NCBI GenBank assembly: GCA_044892505.1
Contig: CM097884.1
Coordinates: 125,302,001-125,366,000, forward strand
Source of the DNA: Schmidtea nova
Lineage: Eukaryota
DNA: 64,000 bases
Reading direction: 5' to 3'
Shown: positions 13,330 to 25,318 of the stretch, piece after piece
How the letters are laid out: each line of letters begins with the position of its first letter
How positions within the stretch are numbered: position 1 is the stretch's first letter
Made by a program: the position numbers and the translations under genes
Notes under the pieces: model-generated
Told to the model about the DNA's origin: nothing
Seen by the model: only the letters and a program-made list of their open reading frames with translations
The model's database searches: none

Positions 13330-14950
13330 AATTCTATACATAAAAAAGAACTGAAATTCTCTAAAGCGACTCTTGAAATTCTTAAAATTTCTCCAAGAAT
13401 ACACATTTCTTTTACAAAATACTGGTATAATGATGCGAAACTGATCAAACATTTTGCAATATATTTATCACTGGAAATTCAAAAGATTATTTGCATTTCA
13501 AAGTGAGGATTGTAATTAAGACAACAGTTGGTGAAAGGACATGTTCTATTTAACACTCGATACAACCAGATCAATCATTGACTGGTTAAACAATACTATG
13601 GATTCATTCTATTGAAAGAAAGTACATTAAAAAGGACTAATGAAGATTTAAATATAAACACGATTGTCTAAAATTTTATAAACTATTAATATACGACTGA
13701 ATCAATCATCTTTATTTCTGTCAGTGATTAATTTTGGATATAAAATTTCCCCGGTAGTTCTAGTGTTAAAATGCAACGACAGGAGTGTATTAAACGAACT
13801 ATTATGTCAAAGTAATTTGACACCTATAAGAAGGCATTTATTACTTCTGAAAAGGAACAACTTCAATGAAAGACATTTAGATATAGTTCATACATACTAT
13901 AATACCAAACTATGTACCCGGTCAAAAGAGCAATGAATAAATTACTTGAAATCAATATTGACACCAGACATAAACAAACAATGATTGAGGAATCAAATCA
14001 CTATAGGAAAGTTATGGAAGAAGTTCATTGCATATAAGAAATCATCTAAATAATCTGTCCCTGTAAAAAGCATTTTTACAAATTTAGTATTTATTGCGTT
14101 AAGACTACTTAATTAAGTCTATAGGTAATTGTGAAAATAACTTTTCTGTCCCAGTCAAATACTCGCGGTGCCCTGAGACAGCTACAGACATCTGTAAACC
14201 AACCAAATACATCGTCATTTAAATCATCTCTAACGAGAAAAATGAATTATTTCAAAGAACAAGACGAATAATATAATCTTATAATATATATTAACACAAA
14301 TGATACCGATAATGCCAAAGTTCAATATTGCGATCCAGCATTAGTGATCAAAGCTTTAAACTAAGTCTAAAATAAAGAACATTGGGGAGTTGGTAAAAGA
14401 GTTTGGTTTCAATTAGAGGGCATCGAGATTTCGAGACTCACCACAAATAATGTTTTTTTTAATTTATAATCAATAAGACCATACTGGAAGACCAAATACT
14501 GAAATGCAGTCCTTCAAGAAAACTGCTAATCAGGAATGAGTCTTACGTAGAATTATTAATCAAAGCAGATGAATTAACTGATTATATTGATGTAATTTTC
14601 TATTATATGAAATTCTTTTGTAAGAAAATATTGTATTGTGCTATATTTTTAATTTTTACCAATGCTGGACGAGGGTAGTGTTCAGTCGATTCTGCAATAG
14701 ATGTCGGAACGTGCGTTCTACAGAGAAAACCAACAGATTTGGGAGACTGCTTTTTGATCGCATGATTCAAGAAATTAATTCAGTCTTGTGAAATACCATA
14801 CCCTAATGAATGTGTTTCTTTATCCTAAAGGATATGTCCGGTAATGCGAAAAGTTTTTTAACTTTCTCAATCAAATGAAGATGGTTTGCAACAGTCCTTT
14901 AATCAAGCATCAATTTTTCATCCAATTCTCATGTCAATTAACCTAAAGAT
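13330..14950 (+). pseudogene. Highly degenerate hAT transposase remnants
   Basis: GERTCS...LTG*TILWIHSIERK resembles the hAT dimerisation domain; IDTRHKQTMIEESNHYRKVMEEV resembles the ZMYM1-like hAT N-terminal region; many stops. Confidence 0.45.
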
Positions 14951-15528
14951 GGTTTACTCAATCTTCATTAAATTTAATAGTTTAAATAAATAATTTATTG
15001 TTAGTTTCAAATTTTCTGGCCGGTCTAATTTTTGGAAATCAAATTATAAAAATTCTAAAATCAAGAATTATTTATATTTAAATAAAATTTCGTAGGGTGG
15101 AATATTAAATTGTAATATTATCAAAATATTATTTGAACTACGAAAAACATTTGCATTTAATTTTCATTTAAAATTTTATTAATTTACTAAAAATAAATAT
15201 CTAATGTGGAAAATTCACCTGCCATTATGCCCCGTTGGTACTCTGGATAAAAAAATTATAGTGATGAAAATTTTTAAAAAAGTAAAAATAGATCAATGTA
15301 AAATTGAACTATCGTTCACAAACTTCATTAAATAAAAAGTTTTTAGAAGAATAAATCACCATGCTTATACAAGTGAGCAAACACAAGTGCAAATAGTTCT
15401 TATTTCAGTATAAAAGAAAATTAAATTATACAGACATTACTATAAATCCATATTATGAATCCTTAGTTTCAAATATAATTGAGGCATCCTCGTTTGCTGC
15501 TCGCAATATTTTTCTGATTGCTGGCTCC

Positions 15529-15840
15529 TTAATTTTCCATGAAGAATGTTTTTTGATTTCCCACCATATCTAGAATTTTTACCGTCACTCTTATTACATG
15601 GATGTGGTATTCTTCCTTTTTTGATAATTTTAATTCATTTTTTATTTGAAATTTTGATCTTCTGTTGATGTTGAACAATTGAATTTTTATTTTTCTATCA
15701 TCCAACCTTAAGTAATTTGGGATTTGTATGTTGTTGGACATCTGAAATTTCCTTTATCCGATATGATTTCAAATCATCTTTAGGTAACTGTCCTAAGTTT
15801 TCCTGGTCCATTGTATCTGTTCCATTTTTACTAAATGTTT
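15529..15840 (-). pseudogene. Possible Gypsy integrase C-terminal (GPY/F) remnant
   Basis: KWNRYNGPGKL motif followed by degenerate coding sequence. Confidence 0.3.
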
Positions 15841-16064
15841 ATAATTTAATTTTGACGCTAGGGCTAAGATGGAGTACCCAAAGGATACTGTCTTAGTCGG
15901 TAGCGGTATAAATAAAAATATAAAATTACCTATTTAATTTTAAATTTTCTTATTTGTTTAAAATTTGTTTTAAGTTTTATGATTTTTAAGTTTGTCTTAT
16001 ATGCCCACTTTTTTATTTTTCTAGATCCCTTTTTCTACCCCTACACTCTCTTAGTATTAACCAA

Positions 16065-16920
16065 TCAGATCAATTTCCCAATTTTTCTATGTCTAAGAGT
16101 GGAGATTCGTATGAAACATTGATAAAAGAAAATGTCACTAGATACTACACTATTAATATGCCATAATTGCATGCAAAATAATTGTATCTCACTAAACAAA
16201 CGTCTCCTCACAATCGACCCTATGTATCGGAGTCTCGGATTGATTCGTAGGCTGTCTATCAGTCTTTCGAATTTGAGAGAAATGAGAATAATGACAAATA
16301 TTGTTATAATGATAATTGTTATGAACAATGTTACACATAGAATTTCATTTTCCGTAGATGAGGATGATATAGTTTTATTATTTGGATTCAACACCTTGAT
16401 GTTAACGGTTGTGATTCGAGTTGATTGATTTAATTTCTGTAGATAACTGTCCATATCAGTATATGATACCCGGACAAATTTGTCCTCAACCAAGGTTAAT
16501 TGCCCAAGATTAAAGTATCTGGATCGCCGATAATATTTAATTTTTATTAGCACAATTTTATAATTCGATTTTGATAGTAGTTGTCGGAAAGATAAGATCT
16601 GTGATTCATTTTGGTTCTCTAATATTGTTTGTATTTTTCCACAATAGTATAGAACAGCTCTTTGATTGGGGTACGTTTGACGGGTAGCATTTATCATCTG
16701 ATTATACACATAAAAGATAACTCTTTTTGTCTCATTGATCAATTGTAGCGTGTTGACTAGAATGGATTAAAACCCAATGATTGTTACTCTCAGTTCCGTT
16801 TTCATACGACTTTTCAAAATATTGTATTTGAATGTTATACATCTGAAATAATTTATCTTTACCATTTTTCTTCCAAGTGTTATGTTATATCCATTGAATG
16901 TTCCCGTCATTAAAGAAATT
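16065..16920 (-). CDS. Membrane-protein fragment, possibly env-like
   Basis: 225-aa ORF (coding-like sequence continues upstream past one stop) with N-glycosylation sequons (NAT, NES, NQS, NKT) and one hydrophobic segment ILCVTLFITIIIITIFVIILISL followed by basic residues. Confidence 0.35.
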
Positions 16921-17775
16921 TTTTAATATAAACAACAAAAATAATTTGTTTAGTGAAGCAAACTTTTAAAACAATCTTGCGGATGAACCTCCGGCCATTC
17001 TCTTACATCTACGTAAGTATGAGGCTGGACTTCAATGTCGCGTTGACAGCATGGGGATAGATAATTTAAGAGTTCACTATAAACTCGGGAACCAACACTG
17101 GCATACCTGCATCTCAACAAGCTGGAGATACTCGCAGCGAGTTAGAAATTCGGAAGATCACGAAAAAATACAAAAAAATAATGTAAATACATATTGATTT
17201 TCATCTTTGATTGATAACACATCGAATCCTTATTGAATACTAATTGAACTATTGAACCAATAAATGATGAGAAGCCATTTTTACAGCATTTAATTAAATT
17301 GACGCAGTAAAACAAAAGCATCTAGAATGCTTTTATTATTGTTTTTAACTTATTTTTTTTTAAATTATCTTATTTTTACCAGAATAAATTTATTTTTATA
17401 CATAAAATTTTAGTCATTACTTTATTAAATTTTATTTTTATTAAAATTTTATATTTTACATAAATTTTAACAACTTTAATTTTTATTTTTACAATTTACT
17501 TTTACATTTTTCATATTTAAACTATCATAATTAAGATTATTAATTATAAAATTCTGATTTTTATTATTACCTAATTTTTTAATGAATTTTTTGTTAATGT
17601 GTTTTCGTGTGTTTTCTACTCTTGTTTATTTAAAATTTTTATTTTTGTTTAAAAATGTTTGTCTGAGATACTAATTATTTCTTGCTGGTGTGAAACTTTG
17701 TAAATTATTACAATTCATTTCAGCTTTAGGGGATATTGTCATGGTCACCCTTATAAATGCATCCTTAACGATTGT

Positions 17776-17909
17776 GTACCCATGAGACCCCTTTATTCTC
17801 GTGTTGGTGCTGTACACCACAGCGTAGATCAAGCCGGCAGGTGAGCGGACTAGGAGGCAACGACTCCAGGCTTGTCTCTTTTACGGGCTCTTCTTTGTCG
17901 ATATAAGAC
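17776..17909 (-). ncRNA. Conserved multi-hairpin motif, copy C
   Basis: GTC-TTATATC-GAC hairpin ... GCTCACCTG ... GCTGT-GGTGT-ACAGC-ACCAACACGAG ... CATGGGTAC on the minus strand. Confidence 0.5.
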
Positions 17910-18344
17910 TGTAATAGTCAACAGAGTAATGCTATAAATAGTAAATATAATAGTTATGGGAAATTTCAATGTAAGTTGTTGTTAATAGGTAATTATTATT
18001 TGGGGTTGTAACAAATGATGAATGTAAATAAGTGTGTGTTAATGAGGAGGAAGATTGAAGAGCCCAACAGAGTTTCCTGTAAAATTTGTATTGGGACTGT
18101 TAGGGTGCTTGTTATGTATATTTAGATTTGTGATGGCGGGCTGGTATATGTGTTAAAAACAACAAATAATGAAAAAATTAAATAACAAACTTTATTTATA
18201 AAATAAGAATAAAATTAACTACTCATGTGCCCAAACCGTAAAACGTAATAAAAATTGAATATTTACAAAGACCATCTATATATCCTCTCACGTCCCATAG
18301 TCAGTCTTCATTTATTAGGGACTTCTGTTTCTCATAACCTAATG

Positions 18345-18800
18345 CTAATTTTTATTGATATCACTACAACACGACATTAAAAAGGGGATGACCTCTGATA
18401 TTAGGTCTATTTCGGTGAGGGAGTCCAGGTGTGACACCTGTGTTGTCAATTGTCGCGCGAATTTCCTTTGTTGCTGGAGAGGCCATTGCCTGGAACTCAT
18501 TATGTTTTGACTCGCTTTCGGTATCAGAACATCGGGTGTTTTGGCTGTAGTTTCCTTGCCACCGATTTTGTCTTTCATTTGCTTTTATTAAGGGTTTATT
18601 TTTAGATCTAGTTAGCTTTGTCCTGATCTGCTTGATGCTTAATTTGTAATTTTTATTCATTTATTTACTTTTTAAGTTCTCTGGTCTTTTCAAAAGTTTG
18701 CTCAAATTTTTTTAAGTTTACTTATTGTGCAGTCTTTACATGATATGTCCTTGCTCGCTTTCAAATTAATTGGATTTAGTTTTTGATCGTCAATATGACC
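18345..18800 (-). pseudogene. Coiled-coil/Arg-rich orphan ORF family, copy C (most diverged)
   Basis: QQRKFARQLTTQVSHLDSLTEIDLI aligns with EQRVYAEKLNIQVDWLSELTERQLV (copy A); the upstream part is coiled-coil-like with stops. Confidence 0.5.
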
Positions 18801-18849
18801 TTGACGTTGTTATGCCTCACATCAACAACTCAACATACAAATCATTAGA

Positions 18850-19010
18850 GTAACCATCTTGTTGCCGTCACAATCTAACGTTTGGTAATGCCACAAATGG
18901 GTGGATGTCCACAAACAGTGAGCGTCTAAAAAAATCGAAACTATGATTGACCGAACATTACAATGGGTTCAAGGACTACCGATAGAAGGTCTAATGCACA
19001 TTTGAGTCCC
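18850..19010 (-). ncRNA. Conserved multi-hairpin motif, copy D
   Basis: GGGACT...ACC-TTCTATC-GGT-AGTCCT ... GCTCACTG-TTTG...CCAC-CCATTT-GTGG...CCAAACG ... ATGGTTAC; shares CCTTCTATCGGTAGT with copy B. Confidence 0.5.
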
Positions 19011-19113
19011 TTATTTAACAATTGATCTGCAAGCATTCAATAAAATTTATAGAATCAATATTTACTAATAACAACCATTAATTTACCTTTATTATATAAA
19101 ATAAAACTATATA

Positions 19114-19150
<37 letters not shown>

Positions 19151-21518
19151 TGGTTTTCGTCCGAGAAAAATCTAGTCGCAACCTGATTGGTTGTTTTATT
19201 ATTATGTATATTGTATTTCATTATCGATTAAAATCTGTTTTTTCTTTCGTATAATGGACTTTTTCGGCGATTCTCAAGATTTCTCTTCAATGGTGAATTA
19301 TATTCTCATTTTATTTTTTACGAATTTAGTTCCCTTTTAGTAACAAGATTTATTCCACTCACACTCCATTTTCTTCCCTGGGGAATTCCATATTCATCAA
19401 TCTCAAGGATTTATTTTAAGGAAAAATTTATGTTCAATTAAATTTTATCCTTTGAAATTTTGTTATATTCAATCTCCTTCTTGGTCTAATAACTCCACAA
19501 GGATCACGGAAACTAATTTGCCATTCGGATTCTATTTTTGTAAATAAAATTTGTGCTATTTCATGTGTTTGGTTAAAGGGTATATTTTTGTCTAATTTTT
19601 GATTGATGGGTTTATTGTTCTCGAGAATCATCGAAGTTGGTTGTTATCTCTAGTAAAACTTAATTTCCTCGAATATTACAATTATGGGGAATCAATTTCC
19701 AATAAGTGAAATAAGTAATTTCATTGTACTCAATGTTATATGGGGAGATAGAATAATTAGGTGTTGATTTAAGATGCAACTAATGAATAGTAATGGGAAA
19801 TAGAATTTTCGTGATGACTTTTGTCTTGGTGAACCATACCTAGCTTTTTAGAATTTGATTAAATAAATATCCTACTTTCCTTAAAGTACAGTCAAACTAT
19901 TTATTTAATGATTATTAAATACATTTAGGATGTTACTTACTGTAATGATTGATTTGAGTCGGCTTTATGAATGGATGAATTTTGATAGGAGTTTGATAAG
20001 TGAGGTGATTTATGAAGAAAATGCTGTTGAATGCAACGATGCAATTTACTGTAACGTTGAAGGTTAGTTCGATGGAATGTTATTAACTATAATTATGATA
20101 GTTTGCATGGTAGGATGTTACAATTTGCAACTAGAATTATTAATGTTGTCCGGTGTTGTGAGTGACTTGATAATAACGTAAATGGATGGATTCCTAAATT
20201 GATTCTCAGTATGCAGCATGTTGCTGGTGCGTGTTAATGAGCGAAATGATGTAAGTTATATGTCTTTTATATGAATGAATTATATAGGCTATATGGTGTT
20301 ATTGGGTGAAATGATTAGTTTGATTTCGAAGATATATGAATAGAATTCTATATTCATTTTCTGGATGTAACATGCTGTATGTGGGATGTTAATGAGTGAA
20401 ATGATGTAATTTGAATGTATTTATAGATGAATGAACTTTTGTAGGCGGTATTAATGTTAATGAGTGATATGAATGTATTAATTTGAAAATATGAATTTAT
20501 AATTATTTCGTGATATCAAGGAGTATTTGATATTAATTTTGTTTTTAGTTAATTTATTAGTTTTTAATTATGTATCATCATTTTAGAATATGAATGGATA
20601 AGATTTCTTCTTTTAGAAAGGAACATTCAGCAACAAGCAACTTAAATTATTTCGCAAGAATTATGGAGTCTTAATCATCTAATTCTGCTCGATTTTTGGA
20701 AAATAATAATCTTGTTTTCTCAATTTTTTTAATGTTTGTGAAAATGAATATATATCTCTCATACCGGATATTTTTATATAATTAATCAGTATAGAAATTA
20801 ATTAAAGTTGATGAAATTTCTAATCCTAAAATTCTTATATGATCTATTGATTAGAATTTTCTTATTAATTTTATGCTCGCTAAAAGGGTAGTTTTACTTG
20901 TATATTTGTAATAGAATAATGGACTAACACGTTAAATTCATAGTAAGCTGATATACAAAATAATTTGAATTTTTGAGCATGTAATCACTTCAATTTCTCT
21001 GTACACAGATCTAGTAAGGTAGAAATAAGTTCAAACATTAGTTTCAAATAATGGTTTTAGTTTCTCCACTTTTCGTACATGATATTTCTTAAAATTTCAG
21101 GTAATTGATAGGAGTTTGATAATAGAGTTAATAGAGTTCGTTTCAATTAAGAATGTTTTATTCGAATAGGAATCACCAAGAGTTATTTTAATAGCCAATT
21201 TATTGTATTAATTAAAATTAATTTTATGCTTTCATAGATATATACTCGGAATCAGTCTATTACTCAAATTATTTGCAAATCTTTCGTATTCTATTAATTA
21301 TTTTTAATGCAGATAGTTTCGATATGGTCGTGTCCTGGGCCAGTCTGAAGTGAAATGTGAAGGAAGAAATCCTTACTAATATCGACAAGGACCTATAGGA
21401 TCGGCGACTTAGGATAAGATTCGAAAGATTGGGTCCCGTTAATTTTAATAATAATGATATAAATAATAATAGTAATTTAATATTGCTAATATAATAACAA
21501 TAAAATATACTAACATTG

Positions 21519-22630
21519 TTACTCCGCGGTGAATGGGGGCTGATCTTCTGTTCCGAAAAGAAAAGAAATTTTGTTAATATTGGAGTTTCTGTGACTTGAA
21601 TTTAATGGAGCTTTTAATAGAGAATTATTATTATTGTTGTTGGTGTTTAAGTTCATTTTCGATGGAGCTGGTGAAAAATTTACGGTAGATTTGACGTTAT
21701 TGCTATTTTTCATGTTGATTTGTGTTGCTTTCGACGTTTGGCCAACTATCCTGTATCCTGTGAATTAACACCCGACGATGTGCAAGGAGACTGCTTTTTA
21801 TGGGCATTAATCAACTGTTGAGCGACTTTGGAATCCGCTTGAATGAGAGAAAGCTTGGAATTTACTGGCATTGAATTTATTGGTTTTGGATTCTGCTGAT
21901 AAATCGATCGATTTATCGCTTCTAATGTTTGAACGCCGACGTTACTCATTGAAAGAATTGTAGCATTTTGGTTCTGTGAAGCGACTGGAGATGAACTTAT
22001 TGTTATTGCTGATAGACTACTAGTCGTTGAGTTGTTAACGATTAAAGACTGATTGGAAACTGTAGACTTGCAGGCATCTGATATATGATTGTTAGCTTGT
22101 TTGGATTTATCACTTTGTAAGATTTGGGGGCGAAATGTTTGATTTCCATCTAGACTTGAAGATTGACAGTTTTCTTCTGACACCATTTTTGGTGGTCCTG
22201 ATGTTGTTCCTACCATTGAATTGGGTTTCGGACCGCTTTGAGAGCAAATATTAGATGCAGATGGATTGAGAATATATTCCACATTAGTTGAAAGTAAAGG
22301 AGGTTTAGACGAGGACAACCACAGTGGCGAGCACGACTGCATAAAACATGTAGAGGTAGAAGATGATTTATTTGAGTTTATTGTGACATTTTTAATGGTT
22401 GGATAACTTGTTGGAAGTGGCGAAGGCACTAATGAATTGGTGGAGGAAGACATTAAAACAATAGATGAAATTTCTGACGATTTCATTAATTTGTCGTTCG
22501 GAATCGTTACTATTTTCAGTAATATCAGTATAGTTGGAGTATTTTTGAAGGAGGCAATTGAATGATGATATTGCAGTTGACTTAGAGTCTATCGATGATA
22601 AATTATCCAGACAACAACAACAGGACTGAT
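21519..22630 (-). pseudogene. Ser/Thr/Asn/Gln-rich low-complexity host-like coding segment, frameshifted
   Basis: 246-aa ORF (21746-22486) flanked by open frames in other phases (21519-21713; about 22630-22390); 7-bp tandem duplication CAGGATA at the first stop; no domain recognised. Confidence 0.45.
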
Positions 22631-23699
22631 TAACATTTAGAATTGTTTGATTTGTTTATTTAATTACTTTAAAAAAATAAAGTTTGGTTGTTTTAATATT
22701 TCACTGTAAGTATTTTGGAGTAGATTTTTTTGATTTGAAATAAAAATTCATGTTTATGAAAAAAAATAATAAATAAAGCTTTTTGAAATAATTAAAATTC
22801 CAAAAAACAAAATAATTATAACAAAATAATGATTTATCTGGGTTCAAATTGGATACAAGTTTTAACCATGGGTTTTTCTTGAGAGATCACCAAACTTGAT
22901 GCGCTGAAATCGTCCGAAGCCAAAACACAACAGTCATTGTTTGTTGACTTTGTATTTTATTATGTCGTGAGGTACTAACGCTTCACAGAAAATCATCAAT
23001 TTTTTTAGACCACTACAATATTGTTGTCGTTTACACATATGTTTGCGTATTATGTAATAATTTTAGATAAAAATTAAATAAAAACATTATTTTGAACAAG
23101 ATCTCCGACCTCTACGTACGGTATGAATCGAAAAAGGATGTGTGAGCTGCTACATCATAAAAGCATTGGTAATCATTCTCATTGCTTACGATATTCGGAA
23201 ACACAGACAATGACGTAGTTAGAAACATTTGTGTAGTAAGATATTAATCTATGTGCATGATATAATATTATTTATTTAGCATTCCTTCAGTGATTTATAC
23301 TTTAGTAAAATAAATAATACTCTTACATTATAATTTTAAAACATTTTAAATTTAAATTATTGGTTATATAAATTGATTGGTTAAATAATCACACCGCTGA
23401 TGGATAAAATTTTGGGTATAAGAATGACGGTTGCTTTCAAATGCTTTGACTAAAAAATTACTCAAATCAAATCAATAAAAATTCTGAAGAGCAAATGGGG
23501 GAGATTAAGGTATAAAATTATATGAAAATTATTATAGGGCAAAAGAAGTTGGAGAGATAAGAACAATGTGATAGAAGAAAATTTGAAGATCCCAAATTAG
23601 ACAAGGAATTAAGATGAAAAAATGAGAATATGTATGATCAAGACTTAATGAAAATACAATATGAAGTTATCAGAATTACTAATTACGAAAAAGGAAGAA

Positions 23700-24450
23700 T
23701 ATTGAAAAATTTATTTAGTTAAAGGAATGGTAGAAATTTTAGGGAATCATGGAATAATGTGGAAAATGATGAGAAAAAAGTCATCGTGTAAAATCACAAA
23801 ATAAGTTTGGCATAAACGAATGAGAACAGCCAATGGAATTGCTTGGATGGCCTTGGAATTTCAAGAAAAAATTCCAACAAGTTATGTAATACAGCGAATT
23901 ATGACGACGGAAGAGGAAAACAGGTTGCTACCAATAATAGAATATAATTTGAAATATCGAAAATTATTTATACGAAATTTATACGAAAGAACATGTCTAA
24001 AGAAGAAATTAGAAACATCATATTCATCAAATGGATTAAGAAAGAAACCCAAATGATCCCTTTATCAATTTATCTTATGGATTATACTGGGAGAATATTA
24101 TATATTTCGTTAATAACGCCAAGGCACAAACTCAAAAATAATGGGACGCAAATTCACTGGATCATGGGAAAATGTCAAAAAACAAAGATTACCAATACGG
24201 ATGTAATACGAAAATACATCAGTTAACAGCAAGAAAGATTCTGGTGGGCCATGATTTAAGAAATTAGCTGCTTTATAGTGAAGTACAACTTTATAGGAAG
24301 TACGAGACCTAGTAACTGCACAATCATTGTCAAAAAGAGGAGTGACAAAAAATGGACAATGATTTAAGCTGTCAATAGTAGCGAAGAAATATGCGGAATC
24401 CAAATGCGAAATGAAAGTAATTCTACTTGAGAAGATACGGATGCAGTTCT
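23700..24450 (+). pseudogene. Degenerate BEL/Pao-like integrase remnant
   Basis: NHGIMWK...KRMRT and KRGVTKNGQ*FKL segments loosely match BEL integrase and its C-terminal extension. Confidence 0.3.
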
Positions 24451-25110
24451 CAGAATATATTTAGTAATTGAAAATGAATGAGAAGGTGATATTATAAATT
24501 TCATAATTTTCTTTGTCCAAGGGGCTTATGAGTAATTCAACAATTCACATGAATATTTATTTTTTTTTAAATCGACATGACAACATATGTTTGAAAATTT
24601 CGGATTATCTATTTATGTTTTATTTATTAATGTTTGTTCTGTTATTAATAAATAGACACTTATTTTAAAGAACGTATGTTAATATCACTAAAAATAAAAA
24701 TCAATTATCTTACGCATTTTAACAATTTGATTTCATCATTTGCTGTTTCCGTGTAATGCTTATCACTTTAACAACTATCAGCAACAAATCGTTTTTCCCT
24801 TGTCAAATTTTGAAAATATAAAAACTAAATCTGAATAAATCCCAGCAAATACATATAAAAAACGTCCCCATCCAAGTTTTCTAACGACACGATAACGATC
24901 ATTAAACACTTGCCCAAGTTTTTCAGGATGATATCCACTTTTACCGAATCAAATATAATTCTGGAATGCCAATTTATATAATTGGAATTCCAGTAAAATT
25001 CATTTTTATTTTTTGTTGGATCAACCCAGAAACCAAAGATTATTATAAAAAGTCTAGATAACCGGGAGACAAATGATACTTGAAAGCACGTAAGTGCCAG
25101 AAAAATAAAC

Positions 25111-25318
25111 NNNNNNNNNNNNNNNNNNNNNNNNNNNNNNNNNNNNNNNNNNNNNNNNNNNNNNNNNNNNNNNNNNNNNNNNNNNNNNNNNNNNNNNNNN
25201 NNNNNNNNNNNNNNNNNNNNNNNNNNNNNNNNNNNNNNNNNNNNNNNNNNNNNNNNNNNNNNNNNNNNNNNNNNNNNNNNNNNNNNNNNNNNNNNNNNNN
25301 NNNNNNNNNNNNNNNNNN
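25111..25318. other. Assembly gap (other gaps: 45789-45933, 46041-46172, 56962-57093, 60864-61017)
   Basis: Runs of N. Confidence 0.99.

Noticed and set aside
20190-20480. Degenerate repeats of about 150 bp as an LRR-type pseudogene
   Set aside because: Too many stops and no consistent motif.
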